NCBI GenBank assembly: GCA_020832045.1
Contig: JAFIFK010000082.1
Coordinates: 27,072 to 91,071, forward strand
Reading direction: 5' to 3'
DNA: 64,000 nucleotides
Origin: Halomonas sp.
GTDB lineage: Bacteria > Pseudomonadota > Gammaproteobacteria > Pseudomonadales > Halomonadaceae
The translations under genes were made by a program, and so were the position numbers. The notes under the pieces are model-generated. The model worked only from the letters and a program-made list of their open reading frames with translations, did not search any database and was not told where the DNA came from. Below are positions 14,584 through 23,500 of the stretch, one piece after another; the stretch's first letter is position 1; each line of letters opens with the position of its first letter.

Positions 14584-15543
14584 GTGAGCGAGATGTCACA
14601 GACGAACACGCCGGAGCGGCGCGAGGCGCCCGATGCCGTCATGCAGTCGGCAGTATTGGCGCGATTGTTCGATGAGCCCATTACTCAGCTCCCCGAGGAT
14701 CTCTACATCCCGCCTGAAGCGCTACGGATATTCCTCGAGGCCTTCGAGGGGCCGCTCGATCTGCTGCTTTACCTGATCCGACGCCAGAACCTGGATATCC
14801 TGGCCATTGACGTTGCCGCCATCACCCGCCAGTACATCGAGTACGTGGAGCTGATGAAGGCAATGGAGATCGAGCTGGCCGGCGAGTATCTGCTGATGGC
14901 GGCAATGCTGGCCGAGATCAAGTCACGTACCCTGCTGCCTCGTCCCCCCAGGGACGGCGGTGACGACGATGAGACAGACCCTCGTGCCGAGCTGATTCGA
15001 CGTCTGCAGGAGTACGAGCAGCTCAAGAGCGCCGCAGAGGCACTGGCCGAACTGCCACGGGTAGGGCGCGACTGGTTTCCCGCCCGGGCGGCGCTCCCGC
15101 CGTTGCAAGCGCGGGTGATCCACCCTGACGTGGAACTCGGTGAGCTGCTCGGGGCATTGGCCGGCATCCTGCGCCGCGCTGAACTCAACCAGGCTCACCA
15201 TATCGGACGTGAAGTGCTCTCGACCCGCGAGCGCATGCTGGCGATCATGGAGCGATTGAATCACGAGCATTACACTCCCTTCGAGGCGCTGTTCACCTTG
15301 GAGGAAGGCCGTGCCGGCGTGATCGTCACCTTCATGGCCATCCTCGAATTGGCCAAGGAGGCAATGATCGAGATAGTCCAGAATGCGCCGCTCTCACCGA
15401 TCCATGTGCGTGCCCGTGCGCCGCGGGAAGTGGGCGAAGAGGCCGCTTTCGATGACGAGGGGGGCGATGTCGAGAGCCCCTATGTTGAAGAGCCCTTTGC
15501 CACCGAGGAAGCAAGCATGTTGCGGGGTGATGACAGCGTATGA
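14584..15543 (+). CDS. scpA: Segregation/condensation protein A (kleisin)
   Basis: FEGPLDLLLYLIRRQ, MLAEIKSR.LLP, VTFMAILEL. Confidence 0.95.
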   Translation: MSEMSQTNTPERREAPDAVMQSAVLARLFDEPITQLPEDLYIPPEALRIFLEAFEGPLDLLLYLIRRQNLDILAIDVAAITRQYIEYVELMKAMEIELAGEYLLMAAMLAEIKSRTLLPRPPRDGGDDDETDPRAELIRRLQEYEQLKSAAEALAELPRVGRDWFPARAALPPLQARVIHPDVELGELLGALAGILRRAELNQAHHIGREVLSTRERMLAIMERLNHEHYTPFEALFTLEEGRAGVIVTFMAILELAKEAMIEIVQNAPLSPIHVRARAPREVGEEAAFDDEGGDVESPYVEEPFATEEASMLRGDDSV

Positions 15544-16412
15544 CGGCCATGGAGCTGCCCAACAGCCTCGACGAGATCCTTGAGGCGGCGCTGCTGGCGG
15601 CGGCCGAGCCGCTGTCGCTGGAGCGGCTCGAAGGACTGTTCGACGACCATGAGCGTCCTCAGCGCCGCAGCCTGCGCGAGGCGATGGAGCGAGTGGGGGA
15701 GCGCCACGAGCGCGGCGCCATGGAGCTGATCGAGACCGCTTCGGGCTATCAGTTGCGCATTCGTCCACGCCTTTCACCCTGGGTGTCGAGGCTTTGGGAC
15801 GAGCGACCGCAACGCTACTCTCGGGCACTGCTGGAGACGCTGGCGCTGATCGCCTATCGTCAACCGGTGACCCGCGGCGACATCGAGGAAGTGCGCGGCG
15901 TGGCAGTGAGCAGCTCGATCATGCGCACCCTGGCCGAGCGTGGCTGGATCCGTGTGGTCGGGCAGCGTGACGTTCCCGGGCGGCCGGCGGTCTACGCCAC
16001 CACCCGTCAGTTCCTCGATGATTTCGGCCTCAAGACCCTGGATGAGCTACCGCCCATGCACGAGCTCAAGGGCATGGCGGAGCCGGTGTTCGAAGATGAG
16101 GCTCCACCGCCGTCCAGCCGCTTGCTGGAGCAGGCCGACTTGGAAGCATCGAGGGATGAGGATGCAATTGCCGGTGATGCCGAATACGATGACGAGGAAG
16201 ATCTTGTCGAGCGTGTCGAAACAGCGGACACGCTCGCCACAGCGACGGCCGGGACGGCCGACGTAGCACACGCCGGGAAGGCGTCCGACAGGCCGGGGCT
16301 GAGCTTCGCCGATCTTGAAGCCCGCCTGGCCGAACGTGCCCGCACCAGCGTCGACGATGACGGCGGAGCGGGGGCGGAATCCACCGTTGAAGAGAAGTCA
16401 GACGACACATGA
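15540..16412 (+). CDS. scpB: SMC-Scp complex subunit B
   Basis: [41 protein letters not shown]; ATGA overlap with scpA. Confidence 0.95.
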   Translation: MTAMELPNSLDEILEAALLAAAEPLSLERLEGLFDDHERPQRRSLREAMERVGERHERGAMELIETASGYQLRIRPRLSPWVSRLWDERPQRYSRALLETLALIAYRQPVTRGDIEEVRGVAVSSSIMRTLAERGWIRVVGQRDVPGRPAVYATTRQFLDDFGLKTLDELPPMHELKGMAEPVFEDEAPPPSSRLLEQADLEASRDEDAIAGDAEYDDEEDLVERVETADTLATATAGTADVAHAGKASDRPGLSFADLEARLAERARTSVDDDGGAGAESTVEEKSDDT

Positions 16413-17266
16413 CGAGCACCACGGAAAAACTGCAGAAGGTCCTGGCCCGGGCCGGACTGGGTTCGCGCCGCGAAATGGAAACCGCCATCGAGGCCGGTCG
16501 CGTCAAGGTCAACGGCAAGGTTGCCACCCTTGGCGATCGCATCGAGATGCGGGATCGTGTCGCCCTCGACGATCGACCGGTAACCCTGCGCGGTGTCGAG
16601 GAGACCCCTCGGCGAGTGATCATGTACAACAAGCCCGAGGGTGAGCTTTGTACGCGCAAGGATCCGGAAGGGCGGCGCACGGTATTCGAGCGCCTGCCGC
16701 GCCTGAAGGGGGAGCGCTGGATCGCCATCGGCCGCCTGGACATCAATACCAGCGGCCTGCTGCTGTTTACCACCGACGGCGAATTGGCCAACCGGCTGAT
16801 GCATCCCTCCACCCAGGTCGAGCGCGAGTACGCCGTGAGGGTGATGGGCGAAGTGCGCAAGGAGCATATCGTGGCCATGGTCGAGGGCGTGATGCTCGAA
16901 GACGGTCCGGCACGCTTCACCGACGTTCAGGAGTTCGGTGGTGAAGGGATCAACACCTGGTTCCACGTGGTGATCACTGAAGGGCGGAACCGTGAGGTGC
17001 GGCGCCTTTGGGAATCCCAGGGACTCACCGTCAGCCGCCTCAAGCGGGTGCGCTACGGCAACATCTTTCTCGACAAGCGTGCCAAGGCGGGAGAGTGGGT
17101 GGAGCTCTCTCAAGACGAGATCGATGACCTGGCCCTGTCTGGTGGCCTGGCGCCACGCAAGGTGCCCGAGCTTACGCCGGACGAGAAGAACCGTTGGAGC
17201 CGCGACAAGCATAAACGTCGACCGGTACAGGCCATGCGCAAGCCCAAGAATTCCAAGGGCCGTTAG
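16409..17266 (+). CDS. rluB: 23S rRNA pseudouridine(2605) synthase
   Basis: S4 domain ([16 protein letters not shown]), [23 protein letters not shown]; follows scpB. Confidence 0.95.
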   Translation: MTSTTEKLQKVLARAGLGSRREMETAIEAGRVKVNGKVATLGDRIEMRDRVALDDRPVTLRGVEETPRRVIMYNKPEGELCTRKDPEGRRTVFERLPRLKGERWIAIGRLDINTSGLLLFTTDGELANRLMHPSTQVEREYAVRVMGEVRKEHIVAMVEGVMLEDGPARFTDVQEFGGEGINTWFHVVITEGRNREVRRLWESQGLTVSRLKRVRYGNIFLDKRAKAGEWVELSQDEIDDLALSGGLAPRKVPELTPDEKNRWSRDKHKRRPVQAMRKPKNSKGR

Positions 17267-17299
17267 GGCGATTGGGTACGCCAAAAGGCAAAAAAGTCC

Positions 17300-17328
17300 T
17301 TGCCATGGCAAGGTGCTATCAGTAACAT
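17300..17328 (+). promoter_or_regulatory. Sigma70 stable-RNA promoter for the tRNA-Lys pair
   Basis: TTGCCA-17 bp-TAACAT, with an upstream A-tract and a downstream GC-rich discriminator (CTGCCCCCG). Confidence 0.7.
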
Positions 17329-17344
17329 CTGCCCCCGTTCGGAA

Positions 17345-17420
17345 GGGTCGTTAGCTCAGTTGGTAGAGCAGTTGGCTTTTAACCAATTGGTCGTAGGTTC
17401 GAATCCTACACGACCCACCA
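17345..17420 (+). tRNA. tRNA-Lys(UUU)
   Basis: 76-nt cloverleaf GGGTCGT...ACGACCC-ACCA; anticodon loop CTTTTAA; T-loop TTCGAAT. Confidence 0.98.
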
Positions 17421-17451
17421 TTCCGGACCTGTATGCTTGTTCGCAAGTACC

Positions 17452-17527
17452 GGGTCGTTAGCTCAGTTGGTAGAGCAGTTGGCTTTTAACCAATTGGTCG
17501 TAGGTTCGAATCCTACACGACCCACCA
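17452..17527 (+). tRNA. tRNA-Lys(UUU), identical second copy
   Basis: Exact 76-nt repeat of 17345-17420 after a 31-nt spacer. Confidence 0.98.
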
Positions 17528-17534
17528 GACACGC

Positions 17535-17569
17535 AAAAACGCCCTAGCCGCTCAGGTTAGGGCGTTTTT
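17535..17569. terminator. Bidirectional terminator after the tRNA pair; contains the cgs stop codon
   Basis: AAAAACGCCCTAGCC-GCTCA-GGTTAGGGCGTTTTT. Confidence 0.85.
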
Positions 17570-20500
17570 CGTTGTCTCTCTCGTGTAGGCCAAGTTGTAT
17601 TTCGACATAATGCCCCTGGCCATCATCACGGAGTGTGATAACCGTGCTGGCCTGAAGGACTCCGTCGACGTGGGTGACCGGCGGGTGCTTCGCGGGGTCG
17701 ACCGCCTGCCGGATCGTAATGCAGTAGGTGGTGCCATGATAGCGATAGTGCAGCCGGACATGTGGCCACGCAGCGGGCAGACAGGGGGTTATTGTCAGCG
17801 TATTGCCAGCTTGATGAAGTCCAAGCAGCGACTCGCTGATGAGACGATACATCCAGCCTGCCGAACCGGTATACCAGCTCCAGCCACCTCGTCCAACGTG
17901 GGGCGGTGCAGAATAGATATCGGCCGCCATCACGTAGGGCTCTAGGCGATATCTGGCCATGTCAGCGTCAGATCGTGAATGATTAATGGGATTGAGCATG
18001 TCAGTCAGCTGCCAGGCTCGCTCGCGCTGGCCGAGACGGGCATACGCCATTGCCGCCCAGATGGCAGCGTGAGTGTACTGCCCACCATTCTCCCGTACCC
18101 CTGGCACATAGTCGCGAATATAGCCGGGAGAGGGAGTAGCCTTATTGAAAGGCGGGGTGAGCAATTGGACCAGTTGTGATTTGGGATGGACCAAGTGAGT
18201 GAAGACTGCTTCCATCGCCCGCTCGGCCCGCTGCGGGTCGCCGGCGCCCGAGAGCACCGCCCAGCTTTGCGAGATCGAGTCGATGCGGCATTCGCTGCCT
18301 GCCGCCGTCCCTAGCGGGGTGCCGTCGTCGAAGTAGGCGCGGCGATACCAGTCGCCGTCCCAGGCGTTCAGGTTCAGACTGGTGCTCAGCGTTCGGCGAG
18401 ATGTCCGGCAGCTTTCCGCAGTGTCGGCATCACCGTAGCGGTCCGCCAACTGACTGAACTCCTCGAGTACCTGGCACAGGAAAAAACCCAGCCAGACACT
18501 TTCGCCTCGACCCTTGATGCCTACCCGGTTCATTCCATCATTCCAATCACCCGAGCCCATCAGCGGCAGGCCGTGCTCACCGAGCCGCAGCCCGTGGCGA
18601 AGGGCGAGCAGAGCGTGCTGGTACAGGCTGGCCTCGCCGAGGGTACGACTGGGAAGGTCGTAGTAGGCCTCATCGTCTTCGCCAACGGCGCGTCCCTCGA
18701 GGAAGGCTACCGGCGTATCGAGAACGTCGACGTCATCGGTCAGCCTCACATAGCGACACAGCGCTAGCGGCAGCCACAGATAGTCGTCGGAACAGCGTGT
18801 CCGCACGCCGCGGCCTTGCGGTGGGTGCCACCAGTGCTGCACGTCCCCTTCGCGGAATTGACGGCTGGCACTCAGCAGTAACTGGTCGCGCAGGCGCTCG
18901 GGCATGGCATGCGCCAACGCCATGCAGTCCTGCAACTGATCACGAAAGCCGAAGGCGCCGCCGGACTGGTAGTAGCCGCTGCGCGCCCAGAGGCGACAGG
19001 CCAGGGTCTGGTAGAGCAACCAGCCGTTGGCCATGACGTTCAGCGCTGGGTCAGGGGTCTCGATCTGCAGTGCGCCAAGGGTGTGCCGCCAGTGTGCCTT
19101 TACGTTATCCAGGGCCTGGCTGGCGGCTCCTGTTAAGCGGTAACGCTGAATCAAGGCTTTGGCCTGCTCGCTGTTACTGCCCACGCCGAGCCGAAAGATC
19201 ACGTCACGATTTTCGTCTGGTGCCAGTGAGAGCTTGATCTGCAATGCAGCGCATGGGTCGATACCGGCCCCAACCGTGCCGGAAAGATGGGTCCGCTCCA
19301 GGGCGGCGGGTCGCTGCATGCTGCCATTACGACCGATAAACTCCTGGCGATCGCCGCTCAGCGTTCGCGTAGGGTCGTCCACATCGAAAAAGGCCACCTG
19401 CTCGCTCAGTTCGCGGTGAAAGACGTTGCGAGCCAATAGGGCGCCACTTGCGGCGGCGACTTCGGTGGTCACATGCATGGCCGACTTGGTAGGGAGATCG
19501 CCGAGAACCCATTCGACGTAGCCGGTCACCGCCAAATGGCGCGCACGCGCCGACCGGTTGTGAATCTTGAGCACCGAAAACTTGATGCTGGCATCGAGCG
19601 CAACGTAGACCCAGAGTTGCGTGCTGATGCCGTCCTGCTCCGATTCGAAGACGCTGTAGCCAAAACCATGGCGCACCAGGTAGTGGGAGTCGCTGTGCAC
19701 GGGAAGGGGAGTGGGAGACCAGAGATGGCCGTTCTCCTCGTCACGCAGATAGATCGCTTCGCCGCAGGTGTCGCTGACCGGATCGTTGTGCCATGGCGTC
19801 AGTCGATTTTCATGAGCATTGACCCCCCAGGTGTAGCTGCCACCACTTTCCGATATCACACAGCCGAAATCGGGGTTGGCAATGACATTGACCCAAGGCG
19901 CGGGAGTTCGCTGACCAGGGGAAAGCTGGATGACATACTCCTGGCCATCGGCGCTGAATCCCCCCAGCGGATTGCTCAGGATCAACTCCTCAGACGCCGA
20001 CGGCGCGAGGACTGGCGTGGGCCGCCGGTTGTTCTTCAGTGCCAGAGCGGGAGGTCTCGCGTCGTGTCGCTGGCGCTGGTCGAGCTGCTCTTCCAGGCTG
20101 CCGTGGCTATCGATGATGATGGCCCTGGCCACTGCCTGGAACATCAGCCGGTCCTCGTCGGCGATGTGTTCCAGAGGCCGCACGAAAATACCGCCGGGGC
20201 GATCTATCTGACTGGCGCCACTGCCCGAGGCGATCAGCCCCAATATCTGTTCCTGCAGTTGCTGGCGGTAGACGGCATACTCCTCGTTCCAGATCACCAG
20301 GTCGACGGCGAGGCCCTGCAGGCGCCAGTGAGCATGCGCTTGGATGAGTTGGCGTACGAGAGCGAGGCTGGCACTGCTACCCACCCGCAGCAGCACTATT
20401 GGCAGGTCGCCGGAGATGGCGTAGCTCCACAGCGCTGATTGCCCGCGGCGGTTGGCAGCGACAATGGCAGGTTCGGCGCGCAGTGCAGGGTGCGCATAGA

Positions 20501-23500
20501 TGACTGCACTGGCCAGTCTTGCATGCAGTTGCGCATCGGCTTCACTGGCATCGAGCTGCTCGAGGACCACCTGGCGATGGGTCCAGGTCAGCTCAAAGAC
20601 ACGATCACTCAGGTGACGATCCTGGTACTTGGCGATCAAGCACTCGGCTTCGGTGCGCGAGCCTGCAACTCCTGTCACCAGGTCGAGTGTTACGGCGTGA
20701 TGGGGTTCGATACTGAGGCATCGCCGGATGGCGGTGATCGGATCGAGAACGGCTCCGGCATGTCCGGACAGGTCGCCGGGGAGATCCATGGCCGAGGGTG
20801 ACGAGGCATCTCGACAACGACCGATAAAAGCCAGCCGGTCGGTTTCGTAAGAGGCAGCAGGGCTGGGGATGTCACGAACCACAAGAAGCTGGAACATCCA
20901 TGCCGAGCTCTCTTCCGGGGCCTGGGAGCGACGGTGACAGAGAATCGCGCTATGGGGTGCAATGATTTCGGTCTGTACGAATAGATTGCTGAAGGCGGGA
21001 TGCATGGCATCAGTAACAGCGGGCGCGATGACCACCTCGCTGTAGCTGGTAACCTCGATCTCGCGTCGCTTTGCAGTGTGGTTGGTCAGGCGTATTCGGC
21101 GCAACTCGATATCATCTTCGGGCGATACGGCAATCTCGGTATAGGTCTCCAGCTCGCCATTGCCCAGGTTGTCACGGCGCCTGTACTCGGCGCGTCCCTC
21201 GGCAAAGATCGCCTGGTAGTGGGTGCTGGGAGTGAGTGTCGGCTGGAAGGCGTTAGACCAGTAATGGCCGCTGTCGAGGTCACGCAGGTAGCAGAAGGTG
21301 CCATAGTGGTCGCGCGTCGGATCCTCTCGCCACCGCGTGACTGCGAGGTCTCGCCAGCGGCTATAGCCACCGCCGGCATTAGTGACCATGACGTGATAGC
21401 GACCATTCGATAGCAGTTGCACCGCCGGGGTCGGGGAATCGGCGCTGTCGAACACCCGTATGGGCGGATCGCTGCGGTCGCTTGCGGTGCTTACGTCCGC
21501 CAAGCGCGCAACATGAGTGAATAGCGCGCTGGCCCGCGGGATACGTTCCTGCAGGAGAAGTAGCGCAGCCTGCACATGGCGATCGGCACAGAAGCGGCGC
21601 TGCATGGGCTGGTCCAGCAGCAGGTAAGCCAGGGCCAGTAGGCTCATGCCCTGGTGGTGTGCCATGAAGGAACGCACCAAGGTCTTGTGCGACCCGCGGC
21701 GTTGGCGCGCAGGGCTGTAGTCGACGGCTTCGAACAGCCCGAACTTGCCCATTACTCCCTCATGTGCCAGGCGTTGCAAGTTCTGGCAGGCAGCGGTGGG
21801 CGCGATCATCAGCGCCATCACCGAGGCGTAGGGGGCGATGACCAGGTCCTCGGCCAGGCCACGCTTCAGCCCCAGGCCGGGGGCGCCAAAGGCTCGGTAT
21901 TGATAGTTGAGCTTGGCATCGACGGTATTGTAGGCGGACTCGGAAATCCCCCATGGCACGCCGCGCTGCTTGCCATAGTCGATTTGACGAGCAATGGCGG
22001 CGTGAGATGTCTGATCGAGCAGGGTATTGGGATAGGTCGGCATCACCAGCATTGGCATCAGGTATTCGAACATCGAGCCACTCCATGACAGCAGTACCGG
22101 CTTGCCGCCAGCGCGGGTCAGCAGTCGGCCCAGGCTGAACCAGCTCTCCTTGGGTAACTGTCCAAGGGCGATGCCCACGAAGCTGCTGAGCCTTGACTCC
22201 GATGCAAGCAGGTCGTAATAGCCGCTGTCGAGTCGCTCTTCGGTGACGTTATAGCCGATGGCGAGAAGGTGCTTGGTGCGGTCGAAGAGAAAGCCATACT
22301 CCACCTGGGCGAAGTCGATGCAGGTGGCGGCGAGTTGCTCGAGAGTGGCGATACGCTGCTGGGCTTGCCCCTTGGCCTGGTCGATTGCAGCACGCAGCGG
22401 GTCGGTCGGGGTATCAGCCATGCTGTGCTGTGGCGGCGCCGGTAGGAGAGCATCGAGCCTGGCGACATCGCGAAGCGTAGGCATCGCAAGTGCTGCAACG
22501 TCCTTGCCGAATGATGAGTCGTCCAGCATGGAAGGCTGGGTCAGCCAGGGTGCCAGTTCGTCGAGTTCGGCGAGCATGGCTTGAGTCTGCTGAATCAAGC
22601 TTTGCGCCCACTGATGGGCGTTTTCCTCCAGCAGTGGAGACTGCGGTTGCGCGCCGACCTCAGGCTGCACGGTCGTGGCTAGCGGGCTCAGGGCGTCGGC
22701 CAGAAGGGCTCCGGCGCCGCATAGTCGGGTCAGTGCATGATGCCAGGCCGTAAGAGGGTCCTGCTGGGTCGGGCAAGAGGTGAGCAGAACGTGGCGATAG
22801 GCGTCCAGAGGGGCACGAACGGTGTCCCCACCACACTCCTCGATGACCGACAACGTATCGCGCAGCCCTTCCCAGCAGCGTTGAGGCAATATCGGCGCAT
22901 CGGCGACTTCGAGCAAGCCACGACTCAGCGTCAGCAGGTGGCCCGACAGATTGCCGCTATCGACACTTGAGACATAGTGTGGCGGCAGTGGCTTCAGGCT
23001 TTGGGTGTCGTACCAGTTGTAGAAATGGCCACGGTAGCGGGGCAGGATCGCGAGAGTGTCCAGGGTCTGTTGGCTACGTGTCATGAGGCCCTTGGCGCTG
23101 AGATAGCCGAAATCATAGGCTGCCAGGTTGGCCAGCAGGGCCATCCCGATGTTGGTAGGCGAGGTGCGATGGGCTAGTTCGATCTGGCGGTACGCCTGAA
23201 TGTTATCGGGTGGCAGCCAGTGGTCCTCGGCGTTGAGCGTCTGTTCGAAGAACGCCCAGGTGCGCCTGGCCAGATGTTGCAGAAATCGGGTTTGCACGGC
23301 ATCCAGCGGCCAGGGATGAACTGTTTTTGGCTGGCTCAGCCACCAGGCCACACCCGGGGCGATGCTCCACAGCACCAGGAAGGGAGCTGCGGCGAATAGC
23401 GCGAGTGGCTGGTGGAAGGTCAGCAAGAGGGTTACGCCGCCGGACAGCGCAGGGGCGACCCACATCTGCTTGAACATCTCATACAGGCCCTTGATGCCAT

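Noticed and set aside
16007-17311. 434-aa and 284-aa minus-strand ORFs
   Set aside because: Antisense to scpB/rluB; no motifs.
17345-17527. 76-bp direct repeat as a possible CRISPR or att duplication
   Set aside because: Both copies are complete tRNA-Lys genes with CCA; this is ordinary tandem tRNA duplication.
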